A model generated the notes under the pieces. That model searched no databases. It was not told the origin of the DNA and was given only the letters and a program-made list of their open reading frames with translations. This document shows positions 33,761 to 45,609 of a stretch of DNA of 64,000 nucleotides, piece after piece. How positions within the stretch are numbered: position 1 is the first letter of the stretch; each line of letters begins with the position of its first letter. The DNA comes from Okamejei kenojei (Eukaryota). The position numbers were made by a program, and so were the translations under genes. The stretch spans positions 20,460,001-20,524,000 of the forward strand of contig CM069147.1 in assembly GCA_035221665.1 (NCBI GenBank), read 5' to 3'.

Positions 33761-36644
33761 TATGTCCTATGTAATTTAGAGCTTATTTGGAGGTTGTCGT
33801 GATTAATAGCCATATTGGTTGTAGGGAAGAAGCTATTCCTGAAACTGGATATCCACAGTTTAAGACTCCTGTACCTACCTCCCCGATTGCAGGGGAGAAA
33901 TTGGTGTGTGGCTAGGGTGGTTGTATGTCTCTGATGATGTTGACTGCATTTTTAAGGCAGCGACTCCGGTAAATCGCATCGATGGTGGGAGGTCAGAACC
34001 TCCACGATTCCTCCATTTAATAGATTCCTCCATTTAAATCTTTATTATACACTTTCCCAATTCATCCTCTTAACCTGAGCTACTGTCATTATACATCTCG
34101 GACTGCTTCCGTCTGATGATGTACCTGCTCTAAAAACCAAATGTCCTCCTCTATGATGGACCTGCCTTACTCCACACTGGTGTCCCGGTGCTAAGCTAAT
34201 GGCCTCCTTTCCCTTGCTACACACCGCCAACAATGTCTGTATGGCTCATAGCTGTTTGTGCTTCTTGTAACTGTCTGTCCTCCCTGTTCCTCCCCTTTAG
34301 TTGGCACCAGATTGCTAAGGCAAAAGGAGTAAGTCTGTAGAAAATGGTGAATTACACATTATTGCATGATTTCCTTCAACAAGACGCCTATGCACATTGC
34401 ACAAATTGTGTATTGGAAGGAACTGCAGATATTGGTTTACACGGAAGATAGACACAAAATGCTGTAGTAACTCAGCAGAATATGCGGCATCTCTAGATAA
34501 AAGGAACGGGTGACATTTCGGGTCGAAACCGTTCTTCAAACTGAGTGTCAGGAGAGAGGGCGACACAAAGGTATGGAAGTGTAAGGTGTGAGACTTCAAA
34601 GGGAATGAATCTCAAGGAAAATGTAGAATAGATCATTGTTAGCTAGGAGAAGGTGACAACGAAGCATACAGGGGTAAAATTTCATCAGGAGAACATTCAG
34701 ACTGGTCGAGAACTAAGAATGGAGAGGGATGGAGAGAGAGGGAAAGCAAGGGTTACTTGAAGTTTGGAGGTCAATATGCATACCGCTGTGGGGCAAGCTT
34801 CCCACGCGAAATATGGGGTTCTGTTCCTCCAATTTGGACTGAGCCCCATTCTGACAGCAGAGGAGATCCAGGACAGAAAGGCAGAATGGGAATGGGAGGG
34901 GGGGGGGGGGGGGTCAATAAAAGTCTAATCTTGACCACTTCCTGTTTATGCTTTATATTGATTTTAGAAACAACGCTACCACGTAGGGCTGTGATTTTTT
35001 GGCCATCTTACTCAGTCCTTTTCCACTCATCAGGTGCGGAAGATTTTTCCCTTCGATGAAAAATAATAGAGTTATTATTAGGTTTAAAAAAATGTTGAGA
35101 ATCTCTCTCCTGTCAATCACCGCCATGAAGGCCACGCCACTTCTGGTGGGAGGGGGGGGGAGGGACTATAAAACCCAGAAGTGTGGGCATGGCTCAGTCT
35201 CTGAAAGATGGAGGAGGGAGAGGTCACAACTCGCTGTCTTTAGTGGCCTTGCACCCTGCTTGACATGGTATGAAACTGCACTTGAATATGGTGGCCTTGC
35301 ACCCTGCTTGAAATGGAATTTGAAGGAATAGCCGTGAGTCAACTGCCAGCCCACCAGCCGTGAGTGAGTGAACTGCCAGCACAACAGGCTTGAGAGACTG
35401 AACCGCCAGCCCAAGAATCCATTCGGCCCACAATGTCCATACTAGCTCTCTGGAAACCAGTCACTTCAGCCCACTAGCGCTCTAGAAAGCCCCCCACTGG
35501 CCACCAATATGTCTATGTAATTTAGAGCTTATTTGGAGGTTGTCGTGATTAATAGCCTATTGGTTGTAGGGAAGAAGCTATTCCTGAAACTGGATATCAC
35601 AGTTTTAAGGCTCCTGTACCTACCTCCCGATGGCAGGGGTGAAATTGGTGTGTGGCTAGGGTGGTGTATGTCTCTGATGATGTTGACTGCATTTTTAAGG
35701 CAGCGACTCCGGTAAATCGCATCGATGGTGGGAGGTCAGAACCTCCACGATTCCTCCATTTAATAGATTCCTCCATTTAAATCTTCTCTATTATACACTT
35801 TCCCAATTCATCCTCTTAACCTGAGCTACTGTCATTATACGTCTCGCTGCTTCCGTCTGATGATGTACCTGCTCTAAAAACCAAATGTCCTCCTCTATGA
35901 TGGACCTGCCTTACTCCACACTGGTGTCCCGGTGCTAAGCTAATGGCCTCCTTTCCCTTGCTACACACCGCCAACAATGTCTGTATGGCTCATAGCTGTT
36001 TGTGCTTCTTGTACTGTCTGTCCCTCCCTGTTCCTCCCTTTAGTTGGCACCAGATTGCTAAGGCAAAAGGAGTAAGTCTGTAGAAAATGGTGAATTACAC
36101 ATTATTGCATGATTTCCTTCAACAAGACGCCTATGCACATTGCACAAATTGTGTATTGGAAGGAACTGCAGATATTGGTTTACACGGAAGATAGACACAA
36201 AATGCTGTAGTAACTCAGCAGAATATGCGGCATCTCTAGATAAAAGGAACGGGTGACATTTCGGGTCGAAACCGTTCTTCAAACTGAGTGTCAGGAGAGA
36301 GGGCGACACAAAGGTATGGAAGTGTAAGGTGTGAGACTTCAAAGGGAATGAATCTCAAGGAAAATGTAGAATAGATCATTGTTAGCTAGGAGAAGGTGAC
36401 AACGAAGCATACAGGGGTAAAATTTCATCAGGAGAACATTCAGACTGGTCGGAGAACTAAGAATGGAGAGGGATGGAGAGAGAGGGAAAGCAAGGGTTAC
36501 TTGAAGTTTGGAGGTCAATATGCATACCGCTGTGGGGCAAGCTTCCCACGCGAAATATGGGGTTCTGTTCCTCCAATTTGGACTGAGCCCCTTTCTGACA
36601 GCGGAGGAGACCCAGGACAGAAAGGCAGAATGGGAATGGGAGGT

Positions 36645-36686
<42 letters not shown>
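33173..36686. repeat. Near-identical tandem duplication of a ~1.75 kb composite repeat block
   Basis: 33173-34913 repeated at 34917-36686; identical ORF translations at 34315 and 36058; both units end in poly-G. Confidence 0.9.
34405..34900 (-). mobile_element. Penelope-like element 3' end (GIY-YIG C-terminus remnant plus terminal repeat); duplicated at ~36148-36645
   Basis: Minus strand resembles the EEQHLIFRLGSLQPSGM-type terminus at 59551-59720, followed by ttgaagaacggtttcgacccgaaatgtcac. Confidence 0.7.
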
Positions 36687-36980
36687 GCGGGGTTAAAGTG
36701 TTTAGTAATGGTAGATCTGGTAGGTTTATGCGGAGGTTTATGCTTCGCTACTAAACTGCTGGAAATCGATTTCCTGTGGTCATTAGGAATAGTACTTAGC
36801 GAAGAGAATTTGCAGATAATTGTCCTGATCAATTTTGTGGATAGTTTATTTTGAAATAAATTATCCAGATTTACAGGTATGCGGCCTGCTGCTTGAGTCG
36901 GTGGCACAAATTCATGGAAATTCAGGTGTCAGGAGTTATGGGGAGAAGGCAGGAGAATGGAGTTAGGAAGGAGAGATCAA

Positions 36981-39900
36981 TAGACAATAGACAATAGGTG
37001 CAGGAGTAGGTCATTTGGCCCTTCGAGCCAGCACCGTCATTCAATGTGATCATGGCTGATCATCCCCAATCAGTACCCTGTTCCTGCCTTCTCCCCATAT
37101 CCCCTGACTCCGCTATTTTTAAGAGTCTTATCTAGCTCGCTCTTGAAAGCATCCATCAAACCTACCTCCACCGCCCTCTGAGGCAGAGAATTCCACAGAC
37201 TCACCACTCTCTGTGAGAAAAAGTGTTTCCTCATCTCCGTTCTAAATGGCTTACTCCTTATTCTTAAACTGTGGCCCCTGGTTCTGGACTCCCCCAACAT
37301 CGGGAACATGTTACCTGCCTCTAGCATGTCCAAGCCCATAACAATCTTATGTTTCAATGAGATACCCTCTCATCCTTCTAAACTCCAGAGTGTACAAGCC
37401 CAGCTGCTCCATTCTCTCAGCATATGACAGTCCCGCCATCCCGGGAATTAACCTTGTAAACCTACGCTGCACTACCTGCAAGAATGTCCTTCCTCAAATT
37501 AGGGGACCAAAACTGCACACAATACTCCAGGTGTGGTCTCACTAGGGCTCTGTACAACTGCAGAAGGACCTATTTGCTCCTATATTCGCTTTCTTCACTG
37601 CCTGCTGTACCTGCATGCTTATTTTCATAGACTGATGTACAAGGATCCCCAGATCCAATTATACTTCCCCTTTTCCCAACCTGACGCCATTTTATAGAGT
37701 AATCTGCCTTCTGGTTTTTGCTACCAAAGTGGATAACCTCACATTTATCCGCATTATACTTCATCTGCCATGCATCTGCCCACTCCCCCAATCTGTCCAG
37801 GTCACCCTGCATTCTCATAGCATCCTCCTCACAATTCACACTGCCACCCAGCTTTGTGTCATCTGCACATTTGCTAATGTTACTTTGTGTGAACGATACA
37901 TCTTCTAGATGTGCTGGGACACATTCTCAGTGGTGTGACTTGGGGTCATTGGGTGTTTCAGGTCTCACAACATCAGACACCCTCGCCCAGGCGACCCAGC
38001 CGGGGTTGATCAAACCCCAACTTGCGTCCCAGCAGCAACCGCCCACGGATCAGCCCTCCTAATCTAAAGCCACCTAGTGGCTTTCTCTGCGACTTCGCTT
38101 GCGGATTGAATGGCCCTCTTGTTTGCCAGCCCCGTAATGCCCAACTGGTTGAGGACTTTGAAGAGTGAGCCTCTACAGCCTCTACAGCCCACCTCTATGG
38201 GCTCATAGTATGTCTTCCAGCCTCTGTCCTGGCATATCTCCACCAGTTCCTGGTACTTTGCGTGCTTCCTCTCATTAGCCTCTTCAATACGCTCTTTCCA
38301 GGGCACTATCAGTTCCAGAACAATCAGCAGTTTTGTCACTTCGGAGGTGATGATCATGTCTGGCCGGAGTGATGTTGCTGTGATGTGCTGTGGAAATTTC
38401 AGCTGTTTGCCCAGATCGACGTGCAGCTGCCAGTCAGTGACTGTGTAGAGGAGGCCCGTCCTTGTTTTTGGTTGTGGTTGGGGCTTCTCTCCAGCTTTGA
38501 CAAAAGTGATTGATTTCTTTGGGACTTGGTGGTGTTTGCTGTTACCGATGGTAGTGGCTATGCTCTCAGCAGCCACCTTGAGCACCTGGTCATGCCGCCA
38601 CCGATAGCGACCTTCCCCAAGAGACTTTGGGCAGCTGCTGAGGAGATGTTCTAATGATCCTCTTCCAGAGCAAAGTGGGCAGGAAGGTATCTCGCTCTTG
38701 CCCCAGACGTGGAGGTTTGCTGGACTTGGTGGAGCATCGTAGACAGCTTGGACAAGGAACCGGATGTGTTGGAAGTCTGCCTGCATGATGTTTGACCAGG
38801 TAATCCTGCACTGCGGTATGCTCTCCCACCTTGTTCACGCTCCCTGCTGCCAGAGCCCCACCGTCCTGCTCACACGCTCTTCCTCCACACCTGCTCGGAC
38901 CATTTCCTGGATTAGATGGTGTCTCTCCTTGCCCTGGGCCTTGCCAACCGGTGTCTTAGGGAAGTATCCCAAACCCGCTCTGCCAGTTGCCATGACTCCC
39001 ACCAATGCCTTCTGCCTTAGGTGTGACTCTGCCACCTCCACTGCTTTCGCCGCCCTCCATTTGCTCCCTGTTCTCATCTCAATGCCAGCCGATGACACCT
39101 TCTGGTCCCTGGAGTCCCTGTACTGCAGTGCCTCTCTTGTTCACGCCACCTAAACTCTTCCGTGAGGCCACTGAATAACCTCACATTTATCCGCATTAAA
39201 CTAAATCTGCCATGCATCTGCCCACTCCCCAATCTGTTCAGGTCACCCTGCATTCTCATAGCATCCTCCTCACAGTTCACACTGCCATCCAGCTTTGTGT
39301 CATCTGCACATTTGCTAATGTTACTTTGAATCCCTTCATCCAAATCATTGATGTATATTGTAAATAGCTGCGGTCCCAGCACCGAGCCTTGCGGTACCCC
39401 ACTAGTCACTGCCTGCCATTCTGAAAGGGACCCGTTAATCCCTACTCTTTATTTCCTGTCTGCCAACCACTTCTCTATCCATGTCAGCACTCTATCCCCA
39501 AAACCATGTGCCCTAATTTTGCCGACTAATCTCCTATGTGGGACCTTATCAAATGCTTTCTGAAAGTCCAGGTACGCTGGCTCTCCCTTGTCCATTTTCC
39601 TGGTTACATCTTCAAAAAATTCCAGAAGATTAGTCAAGCATGATTTCCCCTTCGTAAATCCATGCTGACTCGGTCCAATCCTGTTACTGCTATCCAAATG
39701 TGTGGCTATCTCATCTTTTATAATTAACTCCAGCATCATCCCCACCACCGATGTCAGGCTAACTGGTCTATAATTCCCTGTTTTCCTTCTCCTGCCTTTC
39801 TTAAAAAGTGGGATAACATTAGCTACCCTCCAATCCACAGGAACTGATCCTGAGTCCATAGAAGATTGGAAAATTATCACCAATGCATCCACGATTTCTA

Positions 39901-41140
39901 GAGCCACTTCCTTAAGTACCCTGGGATGCAGACCATCAGGCCCTGGGGATTTATCAGCCTTCAGTCCCATCAGTCTATCCAATACAATTTCCTGCCTAAT
40001 GTGGATTTCCTTCAGTTCCTCTGTCACCCCAGATCCTCTGGCCACTACTATATCAAGAAGATTGTTTGTGTCCTCCTTAGTGAAGACAGATGCAAAGTAC
40101 CTGTTCAACGCATATGCCATTTCCTTGTTCCCCATAATAAAGTCACCTTTTTCGGTCTTTAAGGGTCCAACTTTGGTCTTAACTATTTTTTTCCTCTTCA
40201 CATACCTAATGAAGCTTTTACTGTCCTGCTTTATATTCTTGGCTAGCTTATCTTCGTACCTCATCTTTTCTCTCCGTATTTTCTTGTTGGTTATCTTCTG
40301 ATGTTCTTTAAACATTACCCAATCCTCTTGCTTCCCGCTCATCTTCGCTACATTGTACTTCTTCGCTTTAAATTTTATACTGTTCCTGATGTCCCTTGTC
40401 AGCCATGGTCATCCCTTTCTCCCCTTGGAATCTTTCTTCCTCCTAGGAATGAACTGATCCTGCACCTGCTGTATTATTCCTAGAAACACCTGCAATTTTT
40501 GTTCTTAACAACAGATTGCGTACTCACTTTAACCTGTTTAGCACTTTCAACTAAGAATTCTTACCCTTACAATTCCTTAGTTATATCCATACTGACTCCA
40601 TGTCTCCTGTTTCAATGTCACCCCTTGCAAGGGACTGAATTTCATTCCTCATCAACAGGGCAACCCCACCCCCTCTGCCCACCTGCCTGTCTTTTCGATA
40701 GGAGGTATACCCTTGAATATTCAGTTCCCAGCCCTGGCCCTCTTGCAGCCATGTGTCAGTAATTCCCCCAACATCATACTTGCCAGTTTCTAACTGAGCC
40801 TCAAGCTCGTCCACTTTATTCCTTATACTTCGCGCATTCATATACAGTACTTTGACCTCCGAATTCACTTCCCCTCTCGCAATTGGCCCTTACATTACTC
40901 TGTTGTCCATTCTCAAGCTTTCCTTCCCATTAATTCGAGAATCTTTTGTATTTTTTCCTGTAGCCACTTCCCCTTCGACTCCATCTTTATACCCCCAATT
41001 TGTCAATCATTCCCCCCCACTATTTAGTTTAAATCCACATGTGTAGCCCTAGCAAACCTGCCTGCCAGAATATCGGTCCCCCTCCAGTTAAGGTGTAACC
41101 CGTCCCTTTTCTACAGGTCACCCCTACCCCAGAAGAGATC
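36981..41140 (-). mobile_element. CR1 LINE (ORF1 end, partly deleted APE, RT, 3' tail), interrupted by a nested LINE
   Basis: ORFs 40581-40868 (MNARSIRNK), 39449-40342, 39074-39409 ([10 protein letters not shown]), 37070-37357; (agacaat)n tail. Confidence 0.95.
37888..39174 (-). mobile_element. 5'-truncated RLE-clade non-LTR retrotransposon (Hero/NeSL/R4-like)
   Basis: ORF 38064-38786: CPLC...EHLLSSC knuckle, RHD, RPDM, ELIVPW, KHAKYQEL restriction-like endonuclease motifs. Confidence 0.9.
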
Positions 41141-41959
41141 CCAGCCATGACTGAATGGTGGAGTAGACTTGATGGGCCAAATGGCCTAATTCCATTCCTA
41201 TCACTTATGACCTTATGACAAGTTAAACTCATTCACAAGAATTAATGTTATTAAATTATTCACAAGAGCAGTAGATTATAATTTCGGATAAGAGAAAATC
41301 GCGCTATTGAGAAGAGAGAGGGGATAGGCAAACACGAATAAATTGCCACATCATTCCAAGAGCAAGAGCATACATATGCCATGCGGCACACTCTGGCATT
41401 CACATGATTTCACTATGTCATAGCTGCATCTGTGGAAAGAATCATAAACAGTTTGCAATTTGTGCACAGTCTTGATAGTTATTAAGTTGCGTCACCATCC
41501 AGTGTGGGCGATTTAATTCATAGCTTTAGTTGAATACAGCATAATAGATTTAATGTAAAAAAGATATCTGCTTATATAAGTGACCAAGTGACATACAATT
41601 CTGAAGACCAGTCTGAAGACGGGATCCAATCCGAAAGGTCGTCTCCCCATTTGCCTCCACAAATTTTGCCTGGCTGCTGATTTCTTGCAGTTCAAGATTC
41701 CAGCACCTCCAGTCTCTTGTGACACCAAAGATTTTTTATGTAAAGAATTATCAGGATCTTCTGAAAATCATAATTCATCTAACACGAATCAATCGTATTT
41801 GATTAAATGACATTAGTTTTTCATCTATTTATCTGAATGATTTCATAATGGGACGTACAGGATCAATATAGTGACAAGTGGGCGCACGGTTTTCAGCATC
41901 CAGAACACAGTCCGCAGGAAGCTGCATAGACGGTTACTACACATTAAGGTATTTGAGAT

Positions 41960-42190
41960 TGCCATTGCTGGTATCTTGAGAAAAACAGCAAAGCGGTGGA
42001 GGAACTCAGCAGGCGTGGCAGCATCTGTGGATGGAATGGACAGACGACGTTTCAGATGAGAACCCTTCTTCAGACTGATGGAATAGTGTGGATTAAGCTG
42101 GAAGATAACTGGGGCGGGACAAAACCTATCCAGTGATAGGTGATGCAGATGATGGGTGAAATAGTCATGTTTAGAAGTGGCGGTTGTACA
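41960..42190 (-). mobile_element. Penelope-type terminal repeat with hammerhead-like core
   Basis: Minus strand cagtCTGAAGAagggttctcatctGAAAcgtc at 42073-42046. Confidence 0.55.
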
Positions 42191-44155
42191 TGTAAGAAGG
42201 GAAGGGTGTGTGTGTCGTGGGGTGGGGGTGGGGGTGGGGGTGGGGGTGGGGGTGGGGGGGGGGGGGGGGAGGGGGGGTGGATCTCCGAACACGAGCGCTC
42301 AGTCCGCCATGGTCTGCTGGTACTTCCAGTCACTAAATGCTGATGCACGTACTGATTTACTTTACTTTTTACGTGGAACATATGAAGTTACCAACAATAA
42401 TGTCTGGGCAAATGGAACCATCAGTCCAAAACTTACATCTTCTGTTCCATTGGAGGTGGGTATGCCACTGAGGCGTTTTGCTCCGCCAGGCTATCATCAC
42501 ACTGACTAATTCCATTTCATTACAAGTGTATTCAATGGTGGCGCACCTGATTGGTTGATGGGTCTCTTCGGATTTCCTTCTCTAGTTTATGTTAACGTTA
42601 GTGTATTTCGAAACAAATGAGAGAAACAAAGGCTCAGATGCATTGAAAAAACATGGAATTTAATTAAGAGAAAATATATTGGTTGAACAACTGAATAATC
42701 GGCGTTTTTTTAATCAGTCATTAAGCGACATGTTATCACGAACGGACGTGGCCATAGTTTCTTCACAAGGCACCAGCGAAATTATTCACATTTGAGAACA
42801 GAAGAAAAATAAACGAACACGATTTTTAAAATTTACTACAAATGGAAACTGGCACAATCATCCCTGCCTTCAGAAATGGAAGCGTTGGATGCTTGTTAGA
42901 TGATGGCCACTTGCAGCAAAACATTGCCTCAATGAAGATGAAAACAACCTGTAGCTCCCACGATTGTTACCATGGGAGTACGTAGTTACCTCATTAGCTT
43001 GGCTGGCAGAAAGTAGCAATATTTCGGCCTGCACTTATTCACAGTCTACAGCTTCGATTCCCAGCTTCGCTCCTTCTTTTAAACATTTCCATCTGCATAA
43101 GGTACATGTTCCTCTTTCTGGTTAAATGTTACTGCTGATTGGAGTTGAGTAACTGCAAACCGACATAATACAACGTAGAATTTAAAATCTTTAGTCTGTG
43201 AAAGGAATTTATATTGGTCATTAGTCAATTACCCTCTGGTGCCACACAGAATTTGAAACAAAATACTACCAGTCTCCAAGAGAATGTATATACATTTCAG
43301 GATTCATACAAATCCATGAGTGCACCTACGTGCAAACAAATATGGAATTGCTATCAGTAATCTTCAATGATACACGGGCACGGGAATAAAAGTGCTTTAC
43401 TACAAGTTGGGGAACTGCTTCTAATGAGTTGAGAAAACATTAGTTTATCCGAAAACTTTATTGCGCGCTCCTGCTGGGATGGCTTATTTTGTCTTTTAGT
43501 TTCGTTTAGTTTAGTTTAGTTTAGTTAGATATCTTCCAGTGATCTGTTAGTAGCAAATTGTTATCAGATTTTCTTTTGCCATTCTTCATTAATTTTCTTT
43601 CCCTGATTTCACTTAGTGCTGATCTTCGGTGCTACTAATCATTATTGGCCCACAGAACAACATTAGTTTTCTTCGCTATCGCCGATCATTTATATGAACG
43701 TAAATGGAATCTGCTTAAGGGGGCAGACAAATAGTAGAATTAAAGTAGCAAACATTTAATACTAAGTACTAAAAATGCAGATAATGCAAAATAGAATTTT
43801 AAGATTCGCTGATGGGCCGTTTAGCCTATATTCTCCATGTGGTAAATTTTACGTTGAACCTGCCTGCACAATTGTCAGGAAATCAACGGTCGTTAGGAAA
43901 TAGAGTTGATCATATTGTACTTTGGCTGAAATAATCCAACATTGCATACTCTTCTTATCGAATCCACACACAAGATTAGAAGTTGTTCAACCAGAGCTGA
44001 ACACACTTCTCGGCATCTGAATAGAATGGTATCTGTCTTGTGCTTCTTGTGCGCGGCGGTGGAGAGATTGATGAAAACAGGGCCGTGATGTGAACGCTCT
44101 TACTTTGACCCCATTGCATAGTTGGTAGATTGAAAGTGCTATCACTGCACCCTGC

Positions 44156-44305
44156 TTAATATCCCTCTGCTTCGGCACCACTACCGAATTTCGGTGAATT
44201 ACCGAACGCTTGTGCTTCCGGGTCATTATCGGTTTTCGCATTTTTGTGGCATTGTTTATTGATGCTGGGTAGGATGATATCTTCCCGGTTCCTCCGTGTA
44301 TGTAC
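44156..44305 (-). CDS. Candidate terminal cytoplasmic exon of gene B (no ITIM)
   Basis: aattaaaag| phase-0 open frame VHTRRNREDIILPSINKQCHKNAKTDNDPEAQAFGNSPKFGSGAEAEGY*; weak acceptor; needs a phase 1-0 linker exon (44938-44895 or 45054-45044). Confidence 0.3.
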   Translation of the reverse strand, partial: VHTRRNREDIILPSINKQCHKNAKTDNDPEAQAFGNSPKFGSGAEAEGY

Positions 44306-45510
44306 CTTTTAATTCACCAATTGTATTTAGTTGTATCACTATAAAAGATGGACCCGGAAATGTTAATTTGATTGCTGGAAAGTGCTAAACAGGTTAAAGT
44401 GAGTACGCAATCTGTTGTTAATTCTGGCAATCTGGATTAGCAATCGTCGCAATTAATGAAATGCCCAAAATATCAGACGATTTACACTTTTAAGGTTATG
44501 AGATCAAATGTTTCTGAGATGTATGTGAAATTAACTTTCATTATCACAATGTGGAGTCGTTAAATATATATTCACGCCAATCAACGTATAACTGCAAAAG
44601 TTCCCCCATTGATATCCACCCGCTACCTTCTCTCGTGTTTACAACCCTGATGCACTCATTAATGGATGCTGAAAGTATTCACCGGGAACTTTAAAATAGT
44701 CATTGTGGGTATTATGGAAATAAAGACTTAACGCGGATAGAATAGTTTATTTCTCTCCTAAGACATTCTAAGATTCTAGGGATTAACACGTGCCCTTTGC
44801 TGACATGTAATCCTTCTTTTAGACACTCTAAAGTCTAAGCTCTAAAAGTTTAAAGTAAAATACACTCTGTTTGAAAAAATATGAAGTTATTCACCCTGTC
44901 GGATTTGCCTGTATGACTTGCTGCCCATGAGGGTTGTACTTTGATGCCAATCGATATTGTCGCCCAAAGTAAGAAGTCGCCCGGGCACCATATGGATGTT
45001 TTATGCATAACCCATTGTTATAAGGTTGTGTTTTATACATTACCTTCTCATCCTCTTAAAGGTGTGAAACACAATGGAATGTATCATTGAATGCAACAAA
45101 ATGTTATAGGCCGCAGCTGTCATGTTATACCTTAAAATCACAATGGAAATCAAACTGGGGATGGCTATCAGAGTAGTAGTGACCTAAAACCTATTTTGCG
45201 CCAACACAATCAAGATCTGCGCACAATTGTTTCCTGTAAAGATTTGGAACTGCGATGATGGTAACAAGTTGCAAATCATGAACAATAACCGATGGATAAA
45301 ACAAAAAGATACGATGATTGAAATATTGACTGAAATATGGGAAGATGTAAGATTTATATCTTGAGATTTATTTTTGTCATTGTTAATGGTCAACTTTATT
45401 CTCAATTGTTTTATTGGTTTGCAATCGAATACCATTAACTGCCCTTGTTTTTTTTTTAACCACAAATATGATTAAGACAGAGAATACTGTAAAATGTATA
45501 TGATTCTCAC

Positions 45511-45609
45511 CATTTTGTGCCTTTACTTGGAGTCTTATCAAGATAATGGCCAAAACTAAAATTGCCAAGACACCCACTGCGCATCCGATAATTAGATTTT
45601 TATCTGCGT
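45511..45609 (-). CDS. Gene B exon 4, transmembrane
   Basis: tttctcttgatccataag|...|gtgaga; DADKNLIIGCAVGVLAILVLAIILIRLQVKAQN. Confidence 0.9.
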
